From a virus: a stretch of DNA of 64,000 nt. The DNA is taken from the IMG/VR virus record IMGVR_UViG_3300017698_000036, positions 32,001 through 96,000 of that record; one strand, given 5' to 3'. The notes below the pieces were generated by a model. That model was not told the DNA's origin. It saw only the letters and a list, made by a program, of their open reading frames with translations, and did no database searches. Of the stretch, positions 40,422 to 50,814 are shown piece by piece; positions within the stretch are counted from its first letter, which is position 1; every line of letters starts with the position of its first letter. A program made the position numbers and the translations under genes.

Positions 40422-41414
40422 ATGAGTAGAAATGATGAAGAAAGATTGGGGATCACGAACGCACCAGTGTCGTCTCGTGAACAATTTAACTCAACGATGA
40501 AAGAGGCCGAAGTGATACAGGCTCCCAAACCCGTATCGTCCAACATCTCTCAACCTGTAGTGGACAGGGGGTTGGTGTTTGTAAACCCAACAAAACCAGT
40601 TGTACTACCTTCGAAGGGTGAAAAGTATCCCGAAGATCATCCACTGTATTGTGTAGAGGAGATCGAGATTAAACAGATGACCACAAATGAGGAAAACATC
40701 CTAACCAACCACGAATTGATAAGATCTGGTATGGCCATTGATGAGTTTCTCAGAAGTGTTATAGTTGATCGACGTATTGACCCTCAATCTCTATTAACCG
40801 GTGATAGGACTGCAATTCTCGTAGCTAGTAGAATATACGGTTACGGTTCAAACTATGTTGCCAAAGTACGATGTCCCATTTGTGGATCTATTATGGAGAG
40901 TGCTTTTGACCTAAAAGATGCGGTAGAGAACGGTTTAGAGGCCTTAGAACAGATTGAAGAAGTAGAGGCTGAATTTGGCGTTGTGTGGACTGGTAAAAAG
41001 ACCTTTAAGTTACATCTAGACACCACAGGGTGGGATGTAGAGTGTAAGTTGACAGACGGAAGAGACGAAAAGATTAACTTTGATATTAAACGAAAACGTG
41101 ATATCCAACAGAAACGTCTTCGTAAAAAGAACAAAGACATCATCGAGGTGGAAGACACCAAACATATGTCTGAATTTCTAAGATCCATTATTGTTTCTAT
41201 TGATGGAAATGATGGTGTAGGACCCAGAAAAGATAAGGGTCAGTTGAATAGGGCGATTGATTCCATGCCTACGATGGATATCGTTGTAATAAAAGATGTA
41301 TATAAACTTATTAATCCTAGAATCGCATTACTACAGGAATTATATTGTGAGAAATGCAATTACGAGGGGGTGATAGACGTTCCGATTAACGAAAACTTTT
41401 TTCGGGTTATCTGA
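40422..41414 (+). CDS. Baseplate hub / tail assembly chaperone (gp26-like)
   Basis: LPSKG..Y, MTTNEENIL, LLTGDRTAILVASRIYGYG and two CxxC; between tube and tape measure. Confidence 0.7.
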   Translation: MSRNDEERLGITNAPVSSREQFNSTMKEAEVIQAPKPVSSNISQPVVDRGLVFVNPTKPVVLPSKGEKYPEDHPLYCVEEIEIKQMTTNEENILTNHELIRSGMAIDEFLRSVIVDRRIDPQSLLTGDRTAILVASRIYGYGSNYVAKVRCPICGSIMESAFDLKDAVENGLEALEQIEEVEAEFGVVWTGKKTFKLHLDTTGWDVECKLTDGRDEKINFDIKRKRDIQQKRLRKKNKDIIEVEDTKHMSEFLRSIIVSIDGNDGVGPRKDKGQLNRAIDSMPTMDIVVIKDVYKLINPRIALLQELYCEKCNYEGVIDVPINENFFRVI

Positions 41415-41655
41415 TAACTACGCGAAGAATATATTCGAACAGTTCCATTTTATGATGTATTATGGTAACTGGTCTTCACTTGCAGAGTTGGTCAACCTCC
41501 CCGTAGGTCTCCGTGACTTTTTCTTTAAAAAGCTTATTGAAACAAAGGAACGTGAGAAGGAGGCCAACTCAAACAAGGGAAATGCGAAAGAGGCTACTGC
41601 CGCCATTGCCAATCAAAACGCGGCTTATCAACATTATTCCAAAAGAACACAATAA
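41398..41655 (+). CDS. +1-frame extension of the tail chaperone; alternatively a stand-alone ORF from ATG 41452
   Basis: Frame is open from TTT TTC GGG at 41398 (FFGLSDNYAKNIFEQFHFMMYYG...); no SD before 41452. Confidence 0.6.
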   Translation, partial: FFGLSDNYAKNIFEQFHFMMYYGNWSSLAELVNLPVGLRDFFFKKLIETKEREKEANSNKGNAKEATAAIANQNAAYQHYSKRTQ

Positions 41656-41853
41656 ATAAAAACGTAAAGGGGTCAAAAATCGATTCTGAGACACTTTATC
41701 TCATTTGACGATGTGTTGGTGTATCTTGGGTAGGAAACGTCAAAATGGTACCCAAATTTAAGTCTAATGACCTATCCCCTTTCTATAATCATTTGAGTGG
41801 TTGAACCTAAAAATGATAATTATAGGTAGTTCAAATGACGAGGAGTCTAGGAT

Positions 41854-42210
41854 ATGCATAAGATAGAGATAGATTTAAACAAGTTAAAAAGACAATCTGT
41901 TGACACGGAACGAGAAGATTTGGAGGAGGAACTGTTGAATGAGGGTGAGTTGGAACAGTTCGGTGCACAAATACAGCTTCTCCTGCAGAGAATGTTTGGT
42001 ATGAACAGTCTACCGGTTGAGATTACCGGTAATAAATCAGACGTAAGATCCTTTGCTCAGTTGGTTGGAAGAGAGAAGAACTATATTCAAAAGATAGCCG
42101 ACTATGGTCTTAATGATCCATCCGTTGTAAAGGACAAGTATAAGTTAAAACAGGCTATACATAAGTTCGAAAGAGAGACGGGCATAAAATATCCCTTTAA
42201 AACACGATAA
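41854..42210 (+). CDS. Hypothetical protein upstream of tape measure
   Basis: GAGGAG SD; 118 aa; LxE motifs. Confidence 0.6.
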   Translation: MHKIEIDLNKLKRQSVDTEREDLEEELLNEGELEQFGAQIQLLLQRMFGMNSLPVEITGNKSDVRSFAQLVGREKNYIQKIADYGLNDPSVVKDKYKLKQAIHKFERETGIKYPFKTR

Positions 42211-42225
42211 TAGGAAAACTCTGAT

Positions 42226-44697
42226 ATGGCAACTAAAATAGAAGAAGATCTTAGGAATCTAGAGTTAATAAAACAAAGTTACAGGGAATTACTAAGATTA
42301 GAAGAGGAGTTGGGGGAGGAACATCTTCAGACCAAGTTACACAGAGATACGATGTTGCAACAGGCTAAGTTTATACTTGATACGGAAGTAAAGACGGTAG
42401 AACAGTATAAGATTTTAGAAGAACATCTCGAAGGTATTAAAGACTCTCAGGAAGAGTATAACGAGATGCAACAACACAATTATCGTTTAAGTAGATTTAT
42501 GCGTAATGAAGTTGAGAAGGTATATGAGATAAAGGCCAAAGAGTATAAGTTGGAAGAAGATAAACTGGAGTACATGAGAGTTTCGGAAAAGATAACGAAA
42601 CAGGAGTATGAGGTTCGTCGTGATATACTAAACGATACGGCTAAGATGTATCAAAATCAAATTGATATAACTAAACAGACTAAACTGATGGTAACTGCCA
42701 GTACTGGACTTAGATCTCAGTACGGTGGTTTGGTAGAGGCCGCAAGACTGATAGGAAAGACTAGGGGCGGTTTTAGAGCTATGGGTGCTGGTATAGCCAG
42801 TGTATTAAACCCTATGAGTCTTTTATTGAACCTATTCCAAATGCATGTTGATAGAATAAAGGAGTTGGACGTAGCCAGAACTTCATTCAACCTACAGACC
42901 GGTGCGGTTAATAGATATAAAGAGCAGCTGGAGGATGCGTATCGTTCCAACATAAGGTACAATGTGAGTCTTCAAGAGATGAGCGGTTCATTTGCCTCTC
43001 TACATAAGGAGATGACAACGTTCTCTGGTATGTCTCAAAAAGCTCAAATGGATATTGCCGGATTCACTGCCAAACTTAGAAAGAACTTAGGGGTGGATGC
43101 TGTTGGAGGGTTGGAGACTTTAAGTAGGGTCATGGGTCAGACGGGAGACCAGGCAAAAGACACATTTACATCTATGATCGAGGAGGCAGACCAATTCAAT
43201 CTTAATATTCAGGAGGTTGGAAACGGTTTAATATCCAATGCCAACAATATAGCACTATACGGTAAACGTGGTGTTAAGGTGTATATGGAATTGGCTAAGA
43301 GATCTAAGACATTGGGTATCGAGATGGGTAAACTTCATGCGATGTCAGAACAGTTCTTAGACTTTGGTGCCGCTGCTCGAATGTCTGCAACCCTTGCTCA
43401 ATATGCGGGTAAACAGGTACTATCTGCCAGTAAGTTGATTACAGCCGATGCCGAAGAGCGTGTAGATATGATAACTGGAGCGGTTAGAAAGTTGGGTAAT
43501 TTCGAGAAGATGACTGCCCAAGAGCGAATGGATATTGCCCGCTCCATGGGTGTATCTACTGCAGATCTGGCCAAGATGATGAGGGGTGAAAAGACGGAGG
43601 CCCAAGAAAGACAGGAGACACAGAGAAATCTAAATACCATACTGAAACAGAGTATTACCGTCGCGGATAATATGACAAACGCGTGGAAGAATATGGTTCA
43701 AGCGTTAGGTCCTTTGTTGGATATTATGAGATGGGTTGTGGGAGTGTTTGCCGACTTTATGGCACTAGGAGGAGGTCTTATGGGTAAGATTATTCTTATT
43801 GGTGGTGCACTTATATGGTTAGCCTCTAAGATACTGGCCCTTGTTCCACCCATTAAGATATTAGGGGCCACTGTATCATTATCGACGTTACCGTTCACTC
43901 TATTCCTGGCTGCGATACTAGCCATTGCAGTAGCGGCGATATACTTTAGAGAAGAGATATTGGGGGCTTTCACGTATGTATTCGAAAGTCTAGGAGATAT
44001 GTTCTCAGATGCATATGAGTGGATGAAAGATGCAGGTTACAATATGGTTAAGTTCTTAGCGGACGGTATATGGTCTGCAGTAACATTACCAGTAAGAGCG
44101 ATAAAGAGTGTCGTGGGTAAGATAAGGGGTTTCCTACCCTTCTCTCCTGCTAAAGAAGGGCCCCTGAAGGATATTATGGATGTCGGTCCTAATATCGTAC
44201 GATTTATAGGTAATGGGATTGATGCAAACCAGGATATGGTAACTGAACCAATGAATAGATTGGCGGGTGATATAATGCATTCATCAATAACAAGTCCAAC
44301 ATCCATGGATGTCGGTCCTAATATCGTACGATTTATAGGTAATGGGATTGATGCAAACCAGGATATGGTAACTGGACCAATGAATAGATTGGCTGGTGAT
44401 ATAATGCATTCATCAATAACAAGTCCAACATCCATTACTAAGGCCATGGAGTCGACCACTTCTGATATTAAAAATAGGGAGGTTAATGACTTTAGAAAGG
44501 CTATTACCACATCTTCTAACGTGGACAATTCCAGTAGTTCATCCACCGCAGGAGATACCAACGTGGTTAATGGGGGAGCCCCCGGTCAACCTGTTATTAT
44601 TCAACTTAAGATTGATAGCAAGGTAATTAAAGAGATCGCCTTGGACGAAATAATGAAACAGACTAAATTAAGTAACGTATTTAGTACGTATAACTAA
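42226..44697 (+). CDS. Tape measure protein
   Basis: Long helical Ala/Gly/Met-rich protein with hydrophobic segments and FLPFSPAKEGPL motif; synteny. Confidence 0.85.
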   Translation: MATKIEEDLRNLELIKQSYRELLRLEEELGEEHLQTKLHRDTMLQQAKFILDTEVKTVEQYKILEEHLEGIKDSQEEYNEMQQHNYRLSRFMRNEVEKVYEIKAKEYKLEEDKLEYMRVSEKITKQEYEVRRDILNDTAKMYQNQIDITKQTKLMVTASTGLRSQYGGLVEAARLIGKTRGGFRAMGAGIASVLNPMSLLLNLFQMHVDRIKELDVARTSFNLQTGAVNRYKEQLEDAYRSNIRYNVSLQEMSGSFASLHKEMTTFSGMSQKAQMDIAGFTAKLRKNLGVDAVGGLETLSRVMGQTGDQAKDTFTSMIEEADQFNLNIQEVGNGLISNANNIALYGKRGVKVYMELAKRSKTLGIEMGKLHAMSEQFLDFGAAARMSATLAQYAGKQVLSASKLITADAEERVDMITGAVRKLGNFEKMTAQERMDIARSMGVSTADLAKMMRGEKTEAQERQETQRNLNTILKQSITVADNMTNAWKNMVQALGPLLDIMRWVVGVFADFMALGGGLMGKIILIGGALIWLASKILALVPPIKILGATVSLSTLPFTLFLAAILAIAVAAIYFREEILGAFTYVFESLGDMFSDAYEWMKDAGYNMVKFLADGIWSAVTLPVRAIKSVVGKIRGFLPFSPAKEGPLKDIMDVGPNIVRFIGNGIDANQDMVTEPMNRLAGDIMHSSITSPTSMDVGPNIVRFIGNGIDANQDMVTGPMNRLAGDIMHSSITSPTSITKAMESTTSDIKNREVNDFRKAITTSSNVDNSSSSSTAGDTNVVNGGAPGQPVIIQLKIDSKVIKEIALDEIMKQTKLSNVFSTYN
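44176..44433 (+). repeat. 129-bp (43-codon) tandem duplication inside tape measure
   Basis: 44176-44304 and 44305-44433 differ at 2 positions by eye (GAA/GGA, GCG/GCT). Confidence 0.92.
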
Positions 44698-44713
44698 TAG
44701 ATAGGAGAAGGTC

Positions 44714-45331
44714 ATGCCCAATGATACAGTTATATTAGGAAAACGACAGGAAGTGTGGATCAGGTCCATACCTTCAAAGGCCGAAGTCACACTTCTATCT
44801 TTCTTAGACTCCTTCAATGACACCTATCAGGCTCATTGGGACAGAGAAGCGGTATACGGTCGACAGGATCCTATTTCGACATTTAAAAATACTGATAGGA
44901 TTATAACGTTTTCTTTAACCATTCCATCCAGTTCGGTTGATGAGGCCGTAGAGAACGCTCAAAAGATATGGCTTTTACAAAGAATGCTGTATCCTAGATA
45001 CAAAACATTAGACACTACAGGAGACAGAGTTATATCCACACCTCCTCTTATAGGGGTGTTTTTCTATCCACTTATAACCGAATACAGTCAGGAAAAAGGA
45101 GCTCATGACTATCTGTATGGTACTGTTGATACTGTATCTATGGATCCTAACTTAGCCGAGGGTTGGCTATTTACGGACAAGCGTACGCCGTTTCCTAAGT
45201 CATACAGTTTTAGTATGACATTAAATGTTATACATCAAAATCCCGTTGGTTGGAGTGAAAACGGTGGAAGAGACTTAGTAACAAAGAAATTAGGTAATAA
45301 ATACAGTATTCAGAAACACTTTAAAGGGTAA
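44714..45331 (+). CDS. Putative baseplate/tail-tube initiator protein
   Basis: WDREAVYGRQDPISTFKNTDR...LQRMLYP..PPLI; follows TMP. Confidence 0.6.
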   Translation: MPNDTVILGKRQEVWIRSIPSKAEVTLLSFLDSFNDTYQAHWDREAVYGRQDPISTFKNTDRIITFSLTIPSSSVDEAVENAQKIWLLQRMLYPRYKTLDTTGDRVISTPPLIGVFFYPLITEYSQEKGAHDYLYGTVDTVSMDPNLAEGWLFTDKRTPFPKSYSFSMTLNVIHQNPVGWSENGGRDLVTKKLGNKYSIQKHFKG

Positions 45332-45336
45332 TTGAT

Positions 45337-45672
45337 ATGGGTAGATTTGGTAACACGGAAACGTTCAATAATAGTAATGATTTGTATAGAGATAAGTTTA
45401 AAGACAAACAACTTAAGTACATAGAACAATATAAAACTACCACCTTTAATCAAATCACCGAAGAGATGTTAGAGGACGTACGTTTTTTTAACTATGCCTG
45501 GTCTGTGGGGGATACATGGCAGTATGTCGCTGATCAGTTTTATGACTCTCCAAAAGAGTGGAAAGTACTAGCATTGTTCAATAAGTTACCAACTGAACTT
45601 CACATTTCTGTTGGTGATATTATCAGACTTCCATACTCACTTGACGAACTTAAAAGCGCTATACTAGGATAA
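45337..45672 (+). CDS. LysM-like baseplate wedge protein (gp53-like)
   Basis: WSVGDTWQYVADQFYDSPKEWKVLALFN...ISVGDIIRLP. Confidence 0.75.
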   Translation: MGRFGNTETFNNSNDLYRDKFKDKQLKYIEQYKTTTFNQITEEMLEDVRFFNYAWSVGDTWQYVADQFYDSPKEWKVLALFNKLPTELHISVGDIIRLPYSLDELKSAILG

Positions 45673-45677
45673 CCATT

Positions 45678-48164
45678 ATGGTAGATAAAAATAAACAAAA
45701 ACCAGCTAAACCTGTCAGTTGGATGTCTGATGATGATGTAAAGGAACGACTAAGTCAACAGTGCGTTCTTATGTTGTATTCTGACATACTTAAGGGTTAT
45801 AGTGATCCTAAGGGTTTTTATGAACGTCGAGGTCCATATGTGGTGAATGATAAGTTCCCCGTATACAACTTTAAGAATAAAAATGTTGAATATAGTAAGA
45901 TAGAGGGATTCTCTACCTTAAAAAGAAATGTTGCTAAGTTACCCAACAACCACTCCATCAATCTGGACTATGTATATGATCAGTCTTCCGATGTAGACCC
46001 TAAACTCATCATACAGAAGTATTACAGTTCAGAAAATAAGTCATATGATAGTGAAATAGTCGAGTTTCTAGAATCACTATCTACTATTCAGTTATCTACC
46101 CTCATGGCCAACATTAGAGTGGATAAATTTGTGAAGGGATCAAATAGTGCAGAGATACCAGATGGCGTATATACGTTAGACCTTCATGGGGACAACAAGA
46201 GTACTCTTAAGGACTTTTTTGATGGTAAGAGGGAGAGTATAGGTGGGTATGGTATAAAAAGTCTAGGTATTAAGCAGGAGACATCTAGGAAGACCAACTA
46301 TTCAAGTGCTAGATATCATTTGGAATTAAAGATGGTGTTTAATTCTATGAAGGACCTACTCTATGAATACACACACAAGAATGGTTCGACCTATACCGCC
46401 ACTGATGTACTTATAGGATTCTCTAATTCGGTATTAAATGAACAACAGGGCCCTCTAACGTATACCACTAGATTTCATGTTGGATACGATTCGAGCTCTT
46501 TGGATCCTGAGATATTCCCTAGAACTGTTAATGGTAAAGACGTCGATTGGAAAAGAATATTGCAAGAGATAAGCTTAGAGCTCTTTGCTACAGCCTATCA
46601 GTGGGATATCAACATTACAGAAGAGGGTAAGATAGAGGTAGTCATCAACTATGTTGGCTATACATCTATGCAGGAGACCTCTAGAGCCACGAATATACTA
46701 TTTCTGGATGATGAACTCCTGGCTTTGAATCATATCAATGAGTCGAAGAAGACAGCCAAAGAGGATAAGAAGATATCCCAGTCGGAGAGTAAGAAGCGTC
46801 AAGAATGGGCAAACGAAGACTATAAGAATTTCCTGAAGTCTGGATATACTAGATTTGTAAAGGACCTGTTTGACAGTGGTAAGATAAACTTTGCCTATGT
46901 TGATTCTACAGATGTTGAAAACATAGAACGTGGTATTGATTATATAGAACAGAATGGAGATATAACATCTAGTGAATTCGCCAACATTAGAGTACCCGAC
47001 ACGGTTAGGGATAGTCTTAGACGTAACAAAATAATAGTGTCGGAATATGACGGTAGATATAATATTACATCTGACCAATCTATCAATGCCTCCAATCAAC
47101 TGTCTGGAAAGGGTCACGAAGGTAATAAGGTGTCACAGAGTAAGAGAAAACTGAGTTTAAGTGATCTGACTGTGGTAAATGGTACCGGTAAACGTGGAAA
47201 GGTGTTATTGGATAGAGATGATTTCCTGCAGATTAACGAATCGGGCAGTGGGGAGATTGTGTCGATACCCTATTTTTATTTCAAAGATCTGGTTGCAACC
47301 GCTATGGTTATATACTATGAAAATATGAAAACCCACTTTCAGAAAGTTGCTAAAGTCAATTTAACTATGGACTTTGGTGAGATAGACATCTATGATCCAG
47401 TGTTCCCCGATAAAACGTTTAGGATGAGTATAGGTGATATACCGATATCGTACGATCTATTTACTGTATGGTTTAATCACTATGTAGTTAAACCCAAAAA
47501 GATACAGTACTCCCTGAAAGAGTTTATCCGTGATTGTATAAGATATCTTATATTACCATCCATAAAGGCAGATCAGTGTTTCTATAAGGGTAACAATCCA
47601 TGGAAAAAGGGTGGTAATGCCGATACCGATATCGATCTATATATGAATTCAGATGTTAGTAAGGATTTCAAAAATGTATGGAATCAGTTTTATATATTCT
47701 CGTATGCCAAAAAAGATAGAAAGTTCAAGAGTAAAGAACAGGATGGTAGGGATGGTATAATCTGGTTGGCCCCCGGTAGAGATAAGGGGATCGTGAAGAG
47801 TATTAATTTCGGTAAGAATACATCCAGTATGCTTAAATCTCATCTCATGGTCAGAGCTTTAGAGAAAACTACGGATGCAGACAAAAAGTCTAAGGTGACA
47901 CAGTTACGAGAGGTTTATGATGTAACTGTACGTACTATAGGAAACTCATTCATCCAGACTGGTTCAACCGTGTGCGTTCAGCCGTCACTCCTAGATTTGG
48001 GTAATATATTAGACGGCGAGAATGAATCGTGGAAGATATTGGGTATGGGTGGATACTATTCTATCGTATCGGCCGAACTGAATTTCGAAGACGGCAAGTA
48101 TGATGGTGTATATAAAGGCGTTTGGCAAGGAACCCCCTTGTCTAGAAAGAAGAACGATAAATAG
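45678..48164 (+). CDS. Putative baseplate hub protein
   Basis: Follows the LysM wedge gene; GIVKSINF...YDVTVRTIGN...GGYYSIV C-terminal pattern. Confidence 0.55.
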   Translation: MVDKNKQKPAKPVSWMSDDDVKERLSQQCVLMLYSDILKGYSDPKGFYERRGPYVVNDKFPVYNFKNKNVEYSKIEGFSTLKRNVAKLPNNHSINLDYVYDQSSDVDPKLIIQKYYSSENKSYDSEIVEFLESLSTIQLSTLMANIRVDKFVKGSNSAEIPDGVYTLDLHGDNKSTLKDFFDGKRESIGGYGIKSLGIKQETSRKTNYSSARYHLELKMVFNSMKDLLYEYTHKNGSTYTATDVLIGFSNSVLNEQQGPLTYTTRFHVGYDSSSLDPEIFPRTVNGKDVDWKRILQEISLELFATAYQWDINITEEGKIEVVINYVGYTSMQETSRATNILFLDDELLALNHINESKKTAKEDKKISQSESKKRQEWANEDYKNFLKSGYTRFVKDLFDSGKINFAYVDSTDVENIERGIDYIEQNGDITSSEFANIRVPDTVRDSLRRNKIIVSEYDGRYNITSDQSINASNQLSGKGHEGNKVSQSKRKLSLSDLTVVNGTGKRGKVLLDRDDFLQINESGSGEIVSIPYFYFKDLVATAMVIYYENMKTHFQKVAKVNLTMDFGEIDIYDPVFPDKTFRMSIGDIPISYDLFTVWFNHYVVKPKKIQYSLKEFIRDCIRYLILPSIKADQCFYKGNNPWKKGGNADTDIDLYMNSDVSKDFKNVWNQFYIFSYAKKDRKFKSKEQDGRDGIIWLAPGRDKGIVKSINFGKNTSSMLKSHLMVRALEKTTDADKKSKVTQLREVYDVTVRTIGNSFIQTGSTVCVQPSLLDLGNILDGENESWKILGMGGYYSIVSAELNFEDGKYDGVYKGVWQGTPLSRKKNDK

Positions 48165-48175
48165 GGGGATATAAT

Positions 48176-49471
48176 ATGGATTTTGTTAAGCTTAATAATC
48201 TACATCCTAGAAAAATGTTTGAGTATAGAAAAAATTATGATACATACATAAAGCAGTATATAGAGTGGATTACATTTAATAGACCAGATCTGGATCACAA
48301 CTTTATTGATGTTTGGTATAACAAGTATCTGTACGGTAAAGTAGATAACAATTTCATACCTGTATATCCAAAAGAGAGGTATATAAGGGTTGTAGAGTCA
48401 GAAAACAAAGAGGATATGTACCTTTTACAGTTTGTATATGATGCATATAGTGACTTTAAAGACTACTTCTTTACATCGTGCAATAAACAGGGCATAGTGG
48501 TTGGTGACTTTATAGATGGTGAAATTCACCGCGGTTATGAGAGTGCCTTTGAGTCGTATACTGAGCATGTACAGGGTATCGTAAATTCTTATTGGGATGT
48601 TTTTTATTTTAACAAGAAAGAGAACAACGTCGCCAATTTTACTGAGTTTGCAAAAGAGTTTATAGACTATTTAACCAACCAGACGGTCGACGTCTTTACA
48701 TTCAGTGGTTACGTAGAGTCGGGATACAATTCCATATACAGTACCGCCCTAGCCTTGGATATGGTGGATGGTGAGTATTTCAATGACGAGGACAAAATAA
48801 CAACCTATTTCGACTCAGACATATATACTGTCTTCGTCGAAGCCGCACGTCGTTTTGGTTTTTTGGTAGATCGTAATATTCCATGGAGGATAGTGGCTGA
48901 CCTGAATAGTAAGGCTATGCAGTATTACATTCATCGTATGTTAGACTTGGATTTTATTGAGAATGTTAGAGATGAGACTGGTGATTTTGAAAACTTTACA
49001 GAATATATGGTTGACTTTATCGACGAATACACTACATTAGATGAGTACATGTTGGACAAGAATCGTATCCCTTTAACCGCCATCTTCGACATCTTCTTCG
49101 AGAAGACATATAATGTATCGTTAGAGGGTGAGGATGACATGTTGAGATCCTTGGTCATATCCATGTATAACGACTTGGTTGAGGTAGAAAAGAGAAGAAT
49201 GACCGCCACAATCGACCAGTACACCGGCATGATCCGAGTTAGTACCATATGTAGGACGGTTAAGGATATCCTGTCTCACTATAATGAACCAAATTGGCTG
49301 AAGGAATACACCAAGATAAGATTGGTTGAGTCTGGTTTTTCTAAAAATGATAGTAATTTCAAGATACTGTTAAGAAAAACTAGTATGATGAAAAAAATAC
49401 TTGACAATGAGAAGAATTTAAACTATATTTCTAATAGACTTGCTTTTTACAGATACAAGTTGAAAAATTAA
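48176..49471 (+). CDS. Hypothetical, probably virion-associated protein
   Basis: Last gene of the tail block; LYGKVD..F.PVYP and FGFLVDRNIPWRIVADLNS. Confidence 0.5.
   Translation: MDFVKLNNLHPRKMFEYRKNYDTYIKQYIEWITFNRPDLDHNFIDVWYNKYLYGKVDNNFIPVYPKERYIRVVESENKEDMYLLQFVYDAYSDFKDYFFTSCNKQGIVVGDFIDGEIHRGYESAFESYTEHVQGIVNSYWDVFYFNKKENNVANFTEFAKEFIDYLTNQTVDVFTFSGYVESGYNSIYSTALALDMVDGEYFNDEDKITTYFDSDIYTVFVEAARRFGFLVDRNIPWRIVADLNSKAMQYYIHRMLDLDFIENVRDETGDFENFTEYMVDFIDEYTTLDEYMLDKNRIPLTAIFDIFFEKTYNVSLEGEDDMLRSLVISMYNDLVEVEKRRMTATIDQYTGMIRVSTICRTVKDILSHYNEPNWLKEYTKIRLVESGFSKNDSNFKILLRKTSMMKKILDNEKNLNYISNRLAFYRYKLKN
49401..49429 (+). promoter_or_regulatory. sigma70-type promoter for the PolA-like gene
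   Basis: TTGACA, 17 nt, TATATT inside the 3' end of the upstream gene. Confidence 0.65.
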
Positions 49472-49514
49472 TCAAAACTAATAAAACTCTAAACAATTTC
49501 AAAACGGTGTTGAG

Positions 49515-50813
49515 TTGACTAACAAAAGTGAATATTTCCAGTTAATAAAATTGAGTGATTTTGGTGACAATGATTACCGCTCTATAGGTGTATTTGATCC
49601 AGATACATTCACCATAAACTATGATATGAGCTTAGATAACTGTAAGTCTAAAACCTACGATTACGATGAACTCCTGTCAGCTAAAACAATAGACTATGGT
49701 GGGTTATACTGTGGTGGTAAGACGATTCTTGATATGTTTAAGGAAAATCCAGAGTTAAATAACTTATTTTATGATCAATATATAAGCACATTGGATGAAA
49801 TTAAAAAATATCTTAAGATATACAGTAAGGTGCGTGATAAGAGGGAGTTGGTGGTAAACAATATTATACCCAACAAACTACTAGTATTGTATTATAATAT
49901 AAAAAATAGTATAACCAGATATATATTTGAAAACTACAATAAACCTCAGAATTATGATCTACTACAACAGTCCAACATCTTATTAGGTGATATTAGAAAT
50001 AGGGAATTGAAGTTAGATCAGGTTCGAACTGTGAGACATAAAATTAAAGGTCAGAATTTACATAAGTTGAACAGTATTGGTGAATATGGGGATAGTACCA
50101 ACTTACACTATAACCTATTTGGTACTGTAACCGGTAGATTGAAGACGGCTCCGAAGACCTTTCCTATAATGGGTTTAAATAAGGAGTATCGCGATATAGT
50201 TGTTCCGTCAAATGATATGTTCGTAGAGTTGGACTACAAGGGAGCCGATGTACAGACGTTTCTTTACCTGTTCGATTCAGAGCATAGTGACGTGTATGAA
50301 AAGTATGAAGATATATACGATTTTTTCAGAGATAAGTTCTTTGGAGATGCAAAAAATCGCGATGAGGTAAAACAGAAAACCTTTGAGTTATTATATGATA
50401 AGAGAGACAACTATTTTCTAACACACCTGCCCATAAATAAAATACTGCGGGGCATGAGTGTGTTAGAAAATGATACCGAAGTGATTTTGAGAAATCCCTA
50501 CGGTCATGAAATGGAGTTGTCTAAAGAGGGGGATTTTGTTAAGCACAAGAAGATTAGCTATATGATTCAGTCTACAACAAACTGTAATATGCTACAGTCG
50601 GCAATTAACATAAATGACTATCTAAAGTCTAACTGTGTGAAGTCGAAAGTGGCTTTTATGATTCACGACAGTGTTATTGTGGATTGGGACGAGGGAGAGT
50701 TCGTTAATCATTTTGATGTAGTGCAGAGTATATTTGAAAGTACTAAATTGGGTAAGTATAATTTTAATGTTTCCATGGGTAAGAATTTTAAAGACATGGA
50801 GAAGGTGGAATAG
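49515..50813 (+). CDS. Short family A DNA polymerase-like protein (TTG start uncertain)
   Basis: TVTGRL, motif A ELDYKGAD, motif B RDEVKQKTFELLY, IQST, motif C IHDS. Confidence 0.75.
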   Translation: MTNKSEYFQLIKLSDFGDNDYRSIGVFDPDTFTINYDMSLDNCKSKTYDYDELLSAKTIDYGGLYCGGKTILDMFKENPELNNLFYDQYISTLDEIKKYLKIYSKVRDKRELVVNNIIPNKLLVLYYNIKNSITRYIFENYNKPQNYDLLQQSNILLGDIRNRELKLDQVRTVRHKIKGQNLHKLNSIGEYGDSTNLHYNLFGTVTGRLKTAPKTFPIMGLNKEYRDIVVPSNDMFVELDYKGADVQTFLYLFDSEHSDVYEKYEDIYDFFRDKFFGDAKNRDEVKQKTFELLYDKRDNYFLTHLPINKILRGMSVLENDTEVILRNPYGHEMELSKEGDFVKHKKISYMIQSTTNCNMLQSAININDYLKSNCVKSKVAFMIHDSVIVDWDEGEFVNHFDVVQSIFESTKLGKYNFNVSMGKNFKDMEKVE

Positions 50814-50814
50814 T

